UHGV virus genome: UHGV-0139114
Strand: one strand, 5' to 3'
DNA length: 28,745 nucleotides
Source: a virus
The position numbers were made by a program, and so were the translations under genes. Within the stretch, counting starts at the first letter, position 1; the number at the start of each line of letters is the position of its first letter. The notes beneath the pieces were generated by a model that made no database searches, was not told where the DNA came from, and saw only the letters and a program-made list of their open reading frames with translations. This document shows, piece by piece, positions 7,884 through 17,772 of this stretch.

Positions 7884-8918
7884 TCAGCCGTTGTCAGTGT
7901 CCAGTGAGTAGTTTTTAAAGCGGATGACCTCCTGACCGAGCCAGCCGTTTATCTCGCGGATCCTGTCCTGTAGCGGGATAAGCTCATTGCGGACAAAGAC
8001 CTTTGCCACTTTCTCAATATCACCCAGCGACCCGACGTTCTCCGGCTTGCCACCCATCAACTGAAAGGGGATGCGGTGCGCATCCAGCAGGTCAGCGGCG
8101 CTGGCTTTTTTGATATTAAAAAAATCGTCCTTCGTCGCCACTTCACTGAGCGGGATAATTTTAATGCCGTCGGCTTTCCCCTGCGGGGCATAGAGAAACA
8201 GGTTTTTAAAGTTGTTGCGGCCTTTCGACTTCACCATGTTTTCGCGAAGCATTTCGATATCGTTGCGATCCTGCACGGCATCGGTGACGTACATGATGTA
8301 TCCGGCATGTGCGCCGTTTTCGTAATACTTGCGGCGGAACAGCGTGGCCGACTCATTCAGCCAGGCAGAGTTAAGGGCGCTGAGATATTCCGGCAGACCG
8401 TACAGCTCCTGATTAATATCCGGCTCCAGCAGGTGAAACACGGAGTCGGGCGCGAAGGCTGTCGGCTCGTTGAAGGAGGGCACCCACCAGTAAACATCCT
8501 CCTCCACGCCACGGCGGGTATATTTTGCCGGTGAGGTTTCCAGTCTGATGACCTTACCGGTGGTGCTGTAACGCTTTTCCAGAAACGCATTACCGAACAC
8601 CAGAAAATCCAGCACAAAGCGGCTGAAATCCTGCTGGGAAAGCCACGGATGCGGGATAAATGTCGAGGCCAGAATATTGCGTTTAACGTAAATCGGTGAG
8701 CTGTGATGCACGGCAGCACGCAGGCTTTTTGCCAGACCGGTAAAGCTGACCGGTGGCTCATACCATCTGCCGTTACTGATGCACTCGACGTAATCCAGAA
8801 TGTCACGGCGGTCGAGTACCGGCACCGGCTCACCAAAGGTGAATGCCTCCATTTTCGGGGCGCTGGCGGTGATTGTTTTTGCCGCAGGTTGCGGCGTTTT
8901 CCCTTTTTTCTTGCTCAT
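7884..8918 (-). CDS. Q: Portal protein, P2 gpQ-like (344 aa)
   Basis: Length and position next to the terminase gene; start ATG overlaps the terminase stop by one base. Confidence 0.9.
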   Translation of the reverse strand: MSKKKGKTPQPAAKTITASAPKMEAFTFGEPVPVLDRRDILDYVECISNGRWYEPPVSFTGLAKSLRAAVHHSSPIYVKRNILASTFIPHPWLSQQDFSRFVLDFLVFGNAFLEKRYSTTGKVIRLETSPAKYTRRGVEEDVYWWVPSFNEPTAFAPDSVFHLLEPDINQELYGLPEYLSALNSAWLNESATLFRRKYYENGAHAGYIMYVTDAVQDRNDIEMLRENMVKSKGRNNFKNLFLYAPQGKADGIKIIPLSEVATKDDFFNIKKASAADLLDAHRIPFQLMGGKPENVGSLGDIEKVAKVFVRNELIPLQDRIREINGWLGQEVIRFKNYSLDTDNG

Positions 8919-10690
8919 CAGTAAAACTCCAGAATGGTGGATGTCAGCGGGGTGCTGATACCGGCGGTGAGTGGCTCATTTAACAGGGCGTGCATGGTCG
9001 CCCAGGCGAGGTCGGCGTGGCTGGCTTCCTCGCTGCGGCTGGCCTCATAGGTGGCGCTGCGTCCGCTGCTGGTCATGGTCTTGCGGATAGCCATAAACGA
9101 GCTGGTGATGTCGGTGGCGCTGACGTCATATTCCAGACAGCCACGGCGTATAACGTCTTTTGCCTTGAGCACCATTGCGGTTTTCATTTCCGGCGTGTAG
9201 CGGATATCGCGCGCGGCGGGATAGAACGAGCGCACGAGCTGGAACACGCCGACACCGAGGCCGGTGGCATCAATTCCGATGTATTCGACGTTGTATTTTT
9301 CGGTGAGTTTGCGGATGGATTCAGCCTGGGTGGCAAAGTCCATGCCTTTCCACTGGTGACGCTCAAGTATTCTGAATTTGCCACCGGCCACCACCGGCGG
9401 TGCCAGCACCACGCATCCGGCGCTGTCGCCACGGTGTGACGGGTCGTAACCAATCCATACCGGGCGGGAGCCGAACGGATTGGCGGCAAACGGCGCATAG
9501 TCTTCCCATTCTTCCAGCGTGTCGACCATGCAGCGTTGCAGCTCCTCGAACGGGAACACCGACGCCTTGTCGTCAACAAATTCACACATGAACAGGTTTT
9601 TAAAATCGTCGGCGCTGTTTTCACGTTTGAGCTGCTCAATGTCGAACAGCGTGCAGCCGCCTTTCAGCGCGTCCTCAATGGTGACAATCTGTCGCCACTG
9701 GCCGTCCGCACAGAGAAGCCCACCGGCAAGGGCGTTATGACTGACGTCGATTTCCACGCGTTCGGCGGCGCTGGCGCGTCCCCGGTTGAACAGTTCACCG
9801 GACCAGAACGGGTAGGCGTCGTGCGCCAGCGTGGACGGGGTGGAGAAATAGGTCGAGCGCAGGTGACTCTGTGAGGCCATACCCGATGCCACCTTACGCA
9901 GTACCTGAAAATTCGGGATCCAGAAAATCTCGTCGACGTACAGGTCGCCGTTATGGCTCTGTGCGGTGTTGGAGTTGGTGCCGAGAAAAATCAGTTTTGC
10001 GCCGTTATTGCCCAGGACAATCGGGTCACCGGTCAGGTCAACGTCAACCAGACGGGCAAAGGCGATGATGTATTCGCGGAACACATACGCCTGCGTTTTA
10101 CTGGCCGACAGAAAAATCTGGTTATGGCCGGTTTTCAGGGCGCGCAGCAGCGCCTCGCGGGAAAAATAAAACGTCGCGCCAATCTGGCGGGATTTCAGGA
10201 TATCGCGGATGCGGTGCTCAAGCCCGGCGCGATACCAGTGCAACTGATAGTCGAAAGACTGCTCAAAGAAAATCTGCTCCAGCTTTTCGATGGCTTCGTC
10301 GCTGAAAAAATTCTTTTTCGGTTTGCGCCGCCCGCCTTTGTTGCGGTTAGCGATGTTCGGATTAAGGTCTGCCTCGTTGCCGGTCTGGCTGTAGCGGTTG
10401 ACCCGTGCCAGTCGTTCAATCTGGCGTCCGAGCAGGTCAATTTCCTTGAAGTCACCGCCGGTTTTCTGCGGTTTGATGATGAGCTGGGTCAGCCGCGCTT
10501 CCAGACTCATTTCGACACGGCTGATGGGGGCAACGCTGTCCCAGCCGTCGCGCTGTTTCCAGCTCTGCACCGTCGGGCGTTTCATCTGCAACATGGCGGC
10601 AATCTGCGGCACGGAAAATCCCTGCCAGTACAGCAGCGCCGCCTGACGACGCGGGTCGTGTAAAAGAGTGGTGTCTGTGGTGATGGTCAT
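8918..10690 (-). CDS. P: Terminase large (ATPase) subunit, P2 gpP-like (590 aa from ATG 10690; track start 10720 is TTG)
   Basis: From 10690 the protein begins MTITTDTTLLHDPRRQAALLYWQGF; a 590-aa product matches P2 gpP as I recall it. Confidence 0.9.
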   Translation of the reverse strand: MTITTDTTLLHDPRRQAALLYWQGFSVPQIAAMLQMKRPTVQSWKQRDGWDSVAPISRVEMSLEARLTQLIIKPQKTGGDFKEIDLLGRQIERLARVNRYSQTGNEADLNPNIANRNKGGRRKPKKNFFSDEAIEKLEQIFFEQSFDYQLHWYRAGLEHRIRDILKSRQIGATFYFSREALLRALKTGHNQIFLSASKTQAYVFREYIIAFARLVDVDLTGDPIVLGNNGAKLIFLGTNSNTAQSHNGDLYVDEIFWIPNFQVLRKVASGMASQSHLRSTYFSTPSTLAHDAYPFWSGELFNRGRASAAERVEIDVSHNALAGGLLCADGQWRQIVTIEDALKGGCTLFDIEQLKRENSADDFKNLFMCEFVDDKASVFPFEELQRCMVDTLEEWEDYAPFAANPFGSRPVWIGYDPSHRGDSAGCVVLAPPVVAGGKFRILERHQWKGMDFATQAESIRKLTEKYNVEYIGIDATGLGVGVFQLVRSFYPAARDIRYTPEMKTAMVLKAKDVIRRGCLEYDVSATDITSSFMAIRKTMTSSGRSATYEASRSEEASHADLAWATMHALLNEPLTAGISTPLTSTILEFY

Positions 10691-10863
10691 GAATACCTCG
10701 CCGTGATGAATACACGGCAAGGCTACTGAGTCGCGCCCCGCGATTCGCTAAGGTGCTGTTGTGTCAGTGATAAGCCATCCGGGACTGATGGCGGAGGATG
10801 CGCATCGTCGGGAAACTGATGCCGACATGTGACTCCTCTAATCACTATTCAGGACTCCTGACA

Positions 10864-11718
10864 ATGGCAAAAAAAGTCTCAAAATTCTTTCGTATCGGCG
10901 TTGAGGGTGACACCTGTGACGGGCGTGTCATCAGTGCGCAGGATATTCAGGAAATGGCCGAAACCTTTGACCCGCGAGTCTATGGTTGCCGCATTAACCT
11001 GGAACATCTGCGCGGCATCCTGCCTGACGGCATTTTTAAACGTTATGGCGATGTGGTCGAACTGAAGGCCGAAAAGATTGACGATGATTCGGCGCTGAAA
11101 GGCAAATGGGCGCTGTTTGCGAAAATCACCCCGACCGATGACCTTATCGCGATGAACAAGGCCGCGCAGAAGGTCTACACCTCAATGGAAATTCAGCCGA
11201 ACTTTGCCAACACCGGCAAATGTTATCTGGTGGGGCTGGCCGTCACCGATGACCCGGCAAGCCTCGGCACGGAATACCTGGAATTCTGCCGCACGGCAAA
11301 ACACAACCCCCTGAACCGCTTCAAATTAAGCCCTGAAAACCTGATTTCAGTGGCAACGCCTGTTGAGCTGGAATTTGAAGACCTGCCTGAAACCGTGTTC
11401 ACCGCCCTGACCGAAAAGGTGAAATCCATTTTTGGCCGCAAACAGGCCAGCGATGACGCCCGTCTGAATGACGTGCATGAAGCGGTGACCGCTGTTGCTG
11501 AACATGTGCAGGAAAAACTGAGCGCCACTGAGCAGCGCCTCGCTGAGATGGAAACCGCCTTTTCCGCACTTAAGCAGGAGGTGACTGACAGGGCGGATGA
11601 AACCAGCCAGGCATTCACCCGCCTGAAAAACAGCCTCGACCACACCGAAAGTCTGACCCAGCAGCGCCGCAGCAAGGCCACCGGCGGTGGCGGTGACGCC
11701 CTGATGACGAACTGCTGA
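10864..11718 (+). CDS. O: Capsid scaffolding protein, P2 gpO-like (start at ATG 10864)
   Basis: Begins MAKKVSKFFRIGVEGDTCDGRV; divergent from P with the intergenic late-promoter region between them; AGGA 10 nt upstream. Confidence 0.9.
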   Translation: MAKKVSKFFRIGVEGDTCDGRVISAQDIQEMAETFDPRVYGCRINLEHLRGILPDGIFKRYGDVVELKAEKIDDDSALKGKWALFAKITPTDDLIAMNKAAQKVYTSMEIQPNFANTGKCYLVGLAVTDDPASLGTEYLEFCRTAKHNPLNRFKLSPENLISVATPVELEFEDLPETVFTALTEKVKSIFGRKQASDDARLNDVHEAVTAVAEHVQEKLSATEQRLAEMETAFSALKQEVTDRADETSQAFTRLKNSLDHTESLTQQRRSKATGGGGDALMTNC

Positions 11719-11776
11719 CCGGCGTCAGTCAGTCCGGGAAAACCTTCACGATTAACCCTTAATTTCAGGAAAAACT

Positions 11777-12850
11777 ATGCGCCAGGAAACCCGCTTTAAA
11801 TTTAATGCCTATCTGTCCCGTGTTGCCGAACTGAACGGCATCGACGCCGGTGATGTGTCGAAAAAATTCACCGTTGAACCGTCGGTCACCCAGACCCTGA
11901 TGAACACCATGCAGGAGTCCTCTGACTTTCTGACCCGCATCAACATTGTGCCGGTCAGCGAAATGAAAGGGGAAAAAATTGGTATTGGTGTCACCGGCTC
12001 CATCGCCAGCACCACCGACACCGCCGGTGGCACCGAGCGTCAGCCGAAGGACTTCTCGAAGCTGGCGTCAAACAAGTACGAATGCGACCAGATTAACTTC
12101 GATTTTTATATCCGCTACAAAACGCTGGACCTGTGGGCGCGTTATCAGGATTTCCAGCTCCGTATCCGTAACGCCATTATCAAACGCCAGTCCCTTGATT
12201 TCATCATGGCCGGTTTTAACGGCGTGAAGCGTGCCGAAACCTCTGACCGCAGCAGCAATCCGATGCTGCAGGATGTGGCGGTCGGCTGGCTGCAGAAATA
12301 CCGCAATGAAGCCCCGGCGCGCGTGATGAGCAAGGTCACTGACGAGGAAGGTCACACGACCTCTGAGGTCATCCGCGTGGGTAAGGGCGGTGATTATGCC
12401 AGCCTTGATGCACTGGTGATGGATGCGACCAACAACCTGATTGAGCCGTGGTATCAGGAAGACCCTGACCTTGTGGTGATAGTGGGACGTCAGTTACTGG
12501 CGGACAAGTATTTCCCCATCGTTAACAAGGAGCAGGACAACAGCGAAATGCTGGCCGCTGACGTCATCATCAGCCAGAAACGCATCGGTAACCTGCCAGC
12601 GGTACGCGTCCCGTACTTCCCGGCGGATGCGATGCTCATCACGAAGCTGGAAAACCTGTCCATCTACTACATGGATGACAGCCATCGCCGCGTGATTGAG
12701 GAAAACCCGAAACTCGACCGCGTGGAGAACTACGAGTCAATGAACATTGATTACGTGGTGGAAGACTACGCCGCCGGTTGTCTGGTGGAAAAAATTAAGG
12801 TCGGTGATTTCTCCACACCGGCCAGGGCGACCGCAGAGCCGGGAGCGTAA
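11777..12850 (+). CDS. N: Major capsid protein, P2 gpN-like (357 aa)
   Basis: Begins MRQETRFKFNAYLSRVAELNG; length and position after O. Confidence 0.9.
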   Translation: MRQETRFKFNAYLSRVAELNGIDAGDVSKKFTVEPSVTQTLMNTMQESSDFLTRINIVPVSEMKGEKIGIGVTGSIASTTDTAGGTERQPKDFSKLASNKYECDQINFDFYIRYKTLDLWARYQDFQLRIRNAIIKRQSLDFIMAGFNGVKRAETSDRSSNPMLQDVAVGWLQKYRNEAPARVMSKVTDEEGHTTSEVIRVGKGGDYASLDALVMDATNNLIEPWYQEDPDLVVIVGRQLLADKYFPIVNKEQDNSEMLAADVIISQKRIGNLPAVRVPYFPADAMLITKLENLSIYYMDDSHRRVIEENPKLDRVENYESMNIDYVVEDYAAGCLVEKIKVGDFSTPARATAEPGA

Positions 12851-12853
12851 CCG

Positions 12854-13603
12854 ATGACGAGTCCCGCACAGCGCCACATGATGCGGGTCTCGGCAGCGAT
12901 GACCGCGCAGCGGGAAGCCGCCCCGCTGCGACATGCAACTGTCTATGAGCAGATGCTGGTCAAGCTGGCCGCAGACCAGCGCACACTGAAAGCGATTTAT
13001 TCAAAAGAGCTTAAGGCCGCGAAAAAACGCGAACTGCTGCCGTTCTGGTTGCCGTGGGTGAACGGCGTGCTGGAGCAGGGCAAAGGTGCACAGGATGACA
13101 TTCTGATGACGGTCATGCTGTGGCGTCTGGATACCGGCGATATTGCCGGTGCGCTGGAGATTGCCCGTTATGCCCTGAAGTACGGTCTGACCATGCCGGG
13201 TAAACACCGCCGCACCCCGCCGTACATGTTCACCGAGGAGGTGGCGCTCGCGGCCATGCGTGCTCACGCTGCCGGTGAGTCTGTGGATACCCGCCTGCTG
13301 ACGGAGACCCTCGAACTGACCGCCACGGCTGACATGCCTGATGAAGTGCGCGCAAAGCTGCACAAAATCACCGGTCTGTTTCTGCGTGACGCTGGTGATG
13401 CCGCAGGGGCGCTGGCGCACCTGCAACGTGCGACACAGCTCGACTGTCAGGCAGGCGTCAAAAAAGAGATTGAACGACTGGAGCGGGAACTGAAACCGAA
13501 GCCGGAGCCACAGCCACAGCCAAAAGCGGCCACCTGCGCCCCGCGTAAGACCCGGAGCGCGACACCGGCAAAACGTGGACGCCCGAAAAAGAAAGCCAGT
13601 TAA
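12854..13603 (+). CDS. M: Terminase small (endonuclease) subunit, P2 gpM-like
   Basis: Position after N and length about 249 aa; basic Pro-rich C-terminal tail. Confidence 0.8.
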   Translation: MTSPAQRHMMRVSAAMTAQREAAPLRHATVYEQMLVKLAADQRTLKAIYSKELKAAKKRELLPFWLPWVNGVLEQGKGAQDDILMTVMLWRLDTGDIAGALEIARYALKYGLTMPGKHRRTPPYMFTEEVALAAMRAHAAGESVDTRLLTETLELTATADMPDEVRAKLHKITGLFLRDAGDAAGALAHLQRATQLDCQAGVKKEIERLERELKPKPEPQPQPKAATCAPRKTRSATPAKRGRPKKKAS

Positions 13604-13702
13604 CAACCGAATGCGCCCCGCGCCAGGGCGGCACGCCGGTCAGTGAGGGTGAATCACCTGACACTGCACCGGCGTCCACCGCCCGATTTTTCAGAGGTAG
13701 TC

Positions 13703-14212
13703 ATGATGACGCTGATTATTCCGCGAAAGGAGGCTCCCGTGTCCGGTGAGGGTACGGTGGTCATCCCGCAACCGGCAGGCGACGAGCCGGTGATTAAAAA
13801 CACGTTCTTTTTTCCCGATATCGACCCGAAGCGCGTCCGGGAACGTATGCGCCTTGAGCAGACCGTCGCCCCCGCCCGTCTGCGTGAGGCCATCAAGTCA
13901 GGCATGGCGGAGACGAATGCGGAGCTGTACGAGTACCGCGAACAGAAAATTGCCGCCGGTTTTACGCGTCTGGCGGACGTCCCGGCGGACGACATCGACG
14001 GTGAAAGTATCAAAGTTTTTTACTACGAGCGCGCCGTGTGTGCGATGGCGACCGCGTCGCTTTATGAGCGTTATCGCGGCGTGGATGCCAGTGCGAAAGG
14101 CGACAAGAAGGCTGACAGCATTGACAGCACCATTGATGAACTGTGGCGGGATATGCGCTGGGCGGTGGCGCGTATCCAGGACAAGCCGCGCTGCATCGTG
14201 AGTCAAATCTGA
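13703..14212 (+). CDS. L: Head completion / stabilisation protein, P2 gpL-like (169 aa from ATG 13703; track start 13643 is GTG)
   Basis: Position and length; stop overlaps the next start. Confidence 0.8.
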   Translation: MMTLIIPRKEAPVSGEGTVVIPQPAGDEPVIKNTFFFPDIDPKRVRERMRLEQTVAPARLREAIKSGMAETNAELYEYREQKIAAGFTRLADVPADDIDGESIKVFYYERAVCAMATASLYERYRGVDASAKGDKKADSIDSTIDELWRDMRWAVARIQDKPRCIVSQI

Positions 14213-14415
14213 TGAAGACCTTTGCGCTACAGGGCGACACGCTCGACGCCATTTGTGTCCGGTATTACGGGCGCACTGAGGGCGTGGTTGAGACCGTGCT
14301 CGCCGCAAATCCGGGACTGGCTGAACTGGGTGCGGTGCTGCCACACGGCACCGCCGTCGAACTGCCCGACGTTCAGACCGCGCCCGTGGCTGAAACTGTC
14401 AATCTGTGGGAGTAA
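14212..14415 (+). CDS. X: Tail protein X (67 aa, LysM-like)
   Basis: Begins MKTFALQGDTLDAICVRYYGRTEG; start ATG at 14212 overlaps the L stop; sits between L and the holin as in P2. Confidence 0.8.
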   Translation: MKTFALQGDTLDAICVRYYGRTEGVVETVLAANPGLAELGAVLPHGTAVELPDVQTAPVAETVNLWE

Positions 14416-14418
14416 CGC

Positions 14419-14700
14419 ATGACAGCAGAAGAAAAAAGCGTCCTGTCGCTTTTCATGATTGGGGTGCTGATTGTTGTCGGCAAGGTGCTTGCCGGTGGTG
14501 AACCCATCACCCCGCGTCTGTTTATCGGGCGCATGTTGCTCGGTGGTTTTGTCTCGATGGTTGCCGGTGTTGTTCTGGTGCAGTTTCCTGACCTGTCACT
14601 GCCTGCGGTGTGCGGCATCGGCTCCATGCTGGGTATCGCCGGTTATCAGGTGATTGAGATTGCCATTCAGCGCCGCTTTAAGGGCAGGGGGAAACCGTAA
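14419..14700 (+). CDS. Y: Holin, P2 gpY-like
   Basis: 93 aa with hydrophobic transmembrane segments and a charged C-terminus, immediately upstream of the endolysin. Confidence 0.8.
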   Translation: MTAEEKSVLSLFMIGVLIVVGKVLAGGEPITPRLFIGRMLLGGFVSMVAGVVLVQFPDLSLPAVCGIGSMLGIAGYQVIEIAIQRRFKGRGKP

Positions 14701-15197
14701 TGCCGGTAATTAACACGCATCAGAATATCGCCGCCTTTCTCGACATGCTGGCCGTGTCCGAAGGGACGGCGAATCACCCGCTGACGAAAAACCGGGGCTA
14801 TGACGTGATAGTCACCGGACTGGACGGAAAGCCGGAAATATTCACCGACTACAGTGACCACCCGTTCGCGCATGGCCGACCGGCGAAGGTGTTTAACCGT
14901 CGCGGTGAAAAATCCACGGCCTCCGGTCGCTATCAGCAGCTTTACCTGTTCTGGCCGCATTACCGCAAACAGCTTGCCCTGCCGGATTTCAGTCCGTTGT
15001 CACAGGACAGACTTGCCATTCAGTTGATCCGCGAACGCGGTGCACTGGATGACATCCGGGCGGGACGCATTGAGCGAGCCATTTCACGCTGTCGCAATAT
15101 CTGGGCGTCCCTGCCGGGTGCCGGTTACGGTCAGCGTGAGCATTCACTGGAAAAACTGGTCACCGTCTGGCGTACCGCTGGCGGCGTACCGGCTTAA
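14700..15197 (+). CDS. K: Endolysin (lysozyme), P2 gpK-like
   Basis: 165 aa, follows the holin with overlapping stop/start (TAATG). Confidence 0.8.
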   Translation: MPVINTHQNIAAFLDMLAVSEGTANHPLTKNRGYDVIVTGLDGKPEIFTDYSDHPFAHGRPAKVFNRRGEKSTASGRYQQLYLFWPHYRKQLALPDFSPLSQDRLAIQLIRERGALDDIRAGRIERAISRCRNIWASLPGAGYGQREHSLEKLVTVWRTAGGVPA

Positions 15198-15211
15198 ACG
15201 GAGTAAACACC

Positions 15212-15637
15212 ATGAAGAAATTATCCCTTTCACTGATGCTGAACGTGTCGCTGGCGCTGATGCTGGCACTGTCCCTGATTTACCCGCAGAGCGTGGCCGT
15301 CAGTTTTGTCGCCGCCTGGGCGATTCTGGCGACGGTTATCTGTGTGGTTGCCGGTGGTGTCGGCGTGTATGCCACTGAGTATGTGCTGGAACGCTACGGG
15401 CGGGAGCTGCCGCCGGAATCGCTGGCCGTGAAGATTGTCACGTCGCTGTTTTTGCAGCCGGTGCCGTGGCGCAGACGGGCGGCGGCTCTGGTGGTGATGG
15501 TGGCGACGTTTATCGCGCTGGTCGCTGCCGGGTGGATTTTTACCGCGCTGATTTATCTCGTGGCGTCGCTGTTTTTCCGGCTGATACGCACGGCCTGCCG
15601 TCAGCGTCTTGAGGGGCGGGAACTATGTCAAAGCTGA
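15212..15637 (+). CDS. lysA: Lysis-timing membrane protein LysA
   Basis: 141-aa strongly hydrophobic protein after K, as in P2. Confidence 0.7.
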   Translation: MKKLSLSLMLNVSLALMLALSLIYPQSVAVSFVAAWAILATVICVVAGGVGVYATEYVLERYGRELPPESLAVKIVTSLFLQPVPWRRRAAALVVMVATFIALVAAGWIFTALIYLVASLFFRLIRTACRQRLEGRELCQS

Positions 15638-16050
15638 TGATTGCACTGGTCGTGTTGTTATCGCTGGCGGTGGCGGGGCTGTTTCTGGCGAAGCATGAAA
15701 ACGCCAGACTGCGCGCCTCACTGGACAGGGCGAACAATGTCGCCAGCGGGCAGCAGACGACCATCACCATGCTGAAAAACCAGCTTCATGTTGCCCTTAC
15801 CAGGGCAGACAAAAACGAGCTGGCGCAGGTGGCACTGCGTCAGGAACTGGAGAACGCCGCGAAGCGTGAAGCACAGCGCGAGAAAACCATCACGAGGTTA
15901 CTCAATGAAAACGAAGATTTCCGCCGCTGGTACGGTGCTGACCTGCCTGATGCTGTGCGCCGGTTGCACCAGCGCACAGTCTGTGCAGACGCCAGTGATT
16001 GTCCACAACGCCTGCCCGAAAGTGAGCCTTTGCCCGATGCCGGGCAGTGA
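15625..16050 (+). CDS. lysB: Inner-membrane spanin (Rz-like) LysB
   Basis: N-terminal transmembrane segment followed by a charged coiled-coil-like region; contains the embedded lysC frame. Confidence 0.75.
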   Translation: MSKLMIALVVLLSLAVAGLFLAKHENARLRASLDRANNVASGQQTTITMLKNQLHVALTRADKNELAQVALRQELENAAKREAQREKTITRLLNENEDFRRWYGADLPDAVRRLHQRTVCADASDCPQRLPESEPLPDAGQ

Positions 16051-16195
16051 CCCGGAGACGAACGGCGATTTAAGTGCCGATATCCGGCAGCTTGAGAACG
16101 CGCTGGCACGCTGTGCCAGTCAGGTAAAAATGATTAAACACTGTCAGGACGAAAACGATGCTCAAACCCGACAGCCTGCGCAGGGCGCTGACTGA
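15905..16195 (+). CDS. lysC: Outer-membrane lipoprotein spanin (Rz1-like) LysC, embedded in the +1 frame of lysB and extending beyond it
   Basis: ATG 15905 with GAGG upstream; signal peptide ending in lipobox LCAGC; 96 aa. Confidence 0.7.
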   Translation: MKTKISAAGTVLTCLMLCAGCTSAQSVQTPVIVHNACPKVSLCPMPGSDPETNGDLSADIRQLENALARCASQVKMIKHCQDENDAQTRQPAQGAD

Positions 16196-16625
16196 TGCCG
16201 TCACGGTGCTGAAAACTAACCCCGATATGCTGCGGATATTCGTGGATAACGGGAGTATTGCCTCCACGCTGGCGGCGTCGTTGTCATTCGAAAAGCGTTA
16301 CACGCTCAATGTGATTGTGACCGACTTTACCGGTGATTTTGACCTGCTCATTGTGCCGGTGCTGGCGTGGCTGCGGGAAAATCAGCCCGACATCATGACC
16401 ACCGACGAAGGCCAGAAAAAGGGCTTCACGTTTTATGCAGACATCAACAATGACAGCAGCTTTGATATCAGCATCAGCCTGATGCTGACCGAGCGCACGC
16501 TGGTCAGTGAGGTTGACGGCGCACTGCATGTGAAGAATATCCCGGAACCTCCGCCGCCGGAGCCGGTCACCCGCCCGATGGAGCTGTATATCAATGGCGA
16601 ACTGGTGAGCAAGTGGGATGAATGA
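16158..16625 (+). CDS. R: Tail completion protein R
   Basis: Position and length (155 aa) relative to P2. Confidence 0.75.
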   Translation: MLKPDSLRRALTDAVTVLKTNPDMLRIFVDNGSIASTLAASLSFEKRYTLNVIVTDFTGDFDLLIVPVLAWLRENQPDIMTTDEGQKKGFTFYADINNDSSFDISISLMLTERTLVSEVDGALHVKNIPEPPPPEPVTRPMELYINGELVSKWDE

Positions 16626-17070
16626 GTTTAAGCGTTTTGAAGACCGGCTGACCGGACTTATTGAATCGCTGTCACCGTCAGGGCGTCGGCGACTGAGTGC
16701 CGAACTGGCGAAACGTCTGCGGCAGAGTCAGCAGCGTCGGGTGATGGCACAGAAAGCCCCGGACGGCACCCCCTACGCGCCACGCCAGCAGCAGAGCGCC
16801 AGAAAAAAGACCGGTCGCGTTAAGCGAAAAATGTTTGCGAAACTTATCACCAGTCGTTTTTTGCATATCCGCGCCAGCCCGGAACAGGCATCAATGGAAT
16901 TTTACGGCGGGAAGTCACCGAAAATCGCCAGTGTGCATCAGTTCGGTCTGTCGGAAGAAACCCGGAAAGACGGTAAGAAAATTGATTATCCGGCGCGTCC
17001 TCTGCTCGGCTTCACCGGTGAGGATGTACAGATGATTGAAGAGATTATCCTGGCTCACCTCGACCGTTAG
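16618..17070 (+). CDS. S: Tail completion protein S
   Basis: Position and length (150 aa); start overlaps the R stop. Confidence 0.75.
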   Translation: MNEFKRFEDRLTGLIESLSPSGRRRLSAELAKRLRQSQQRRVMAQKAPDGTPYAPRQQQSARKKTGRVKRKMFAKLITSRFLHIRASPEQASMEFYGGKSPKIASVHQFGLSEETRKDGKKIDYPARPLLGFTGEDVQMIEEIILAHLDR

Positions 17071-17136
17071 TTGTGCCATTCCCGACACCTCATCGTCACA
17101 TTGCCGCCGGTATGACCCGGCGGCATCCTTCCCGTT

Positions 17137-17772
17137 ATGAACACTCTCGCAAATATTCAGGAAATCGCGCGCGCACTGCGCAACATGATCCGCACCGGCC
17201 TTGTCGTCGAAACCGACCTTAACGCCGGTCGCTGCCGTGTGCAGACCGGCGGCATGTGCACTGACTGGCTTCAGTGGCTGACCCATCGTGCCGGTCGTTC
17301 GCGCACATGGTGGGCACCTTCCGTGGGGGAGCAGGTGCTGATTCTGGCCGTGGGCGGTGAACTCGACACGGCGTTCGTTCTGCCGGGGATTTATTCCGGC
17401 GATAACCCCGCGCCGTCTGCGTCGGCGGATGCCCTGCATATCCGTTTCCCTGACGGGGCGGTGATTGAATATGAACCTGAAACCAGTGCACTCACGGTAA
17501 GCGGAATTAAAACGGCCAGCGTGACGGCTTCTGATTCTGTTACTGCCACGGTGCCGGTGGTCATGGTGAAAGCATCAACCCGCGTCACCCTGGACACACC
17601 GGAGGTGGTCTGCACCAACAGGCTGATTACCGGCACGCTGGAAGTGCAGAAGGGCGGGACGATGCGCGGCAACATTGAACACACCGGCGGTGAACTCTCA
17701 TCAAACGGTAAGGTACTGCATACCCATAAACACCCCGGCGACAGCGGCGGCACAACCGGGAGCCCTCTATGA
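17137..17772 (+). CDS. V: Baseplate spike / assembly protein V
   Basis: 211 aa, first gene of the V-W-J-I-H-G block. Confidence 0.8.
   Translation: MNTLANIQEIARALRNMIRTGLVVETDLNAGRCRVQTGGMCTDWLQWLTHRAGRSRTWWAPSVGEQVLILAVGGELDTAFVLPGIYSGDNPAPSASADALHIRFPDGAVIEYEPETSALTVSGIKTASVTASDSVTATVPVVMVKASTRVTLDTPEVVCTNRLITGTLEVQKGGTMRGNIEHTGGELSSNGKVLHTHKHPGDSGGTTGSPL

Noticed and set aside
8076-10663. Numerous ORFs of 60-236 aa antisense to or out of frame with the portal and terminase genes (for example 8076-8534 +, 8357-8836 -, 8990-9439 +, 9184-9639 -, 9953-10663 +)
   Set aside because: They lie wholly inside well-supported long genes with recognisable phage protein sequence; GC-rich DNA commonly produces long shadow ORFs. 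No independent start signals.
11223-14627. Antisense and overlapping ORFs within the O, N, M, L, X, Y region (for example 11223-11681 -, 12068-12355 -, 13001-13606 -, 13898-14344 -)
   Set aside because: Same reasoning: embedded in conserved structural genes, with Arg/Ser/Cys-rich low-complexity translations typical of out-of-frame reading.
17103-17124. Hairpin GCCGCCGG-TATGAC-CCGGCGGC between S and V
   Set aside because: Good 8-bp GC stem but a poor downstream U-tract, and it lies where the V late promoter is expected; function ambiguous (terminator or promoter-associated structure), so not called.
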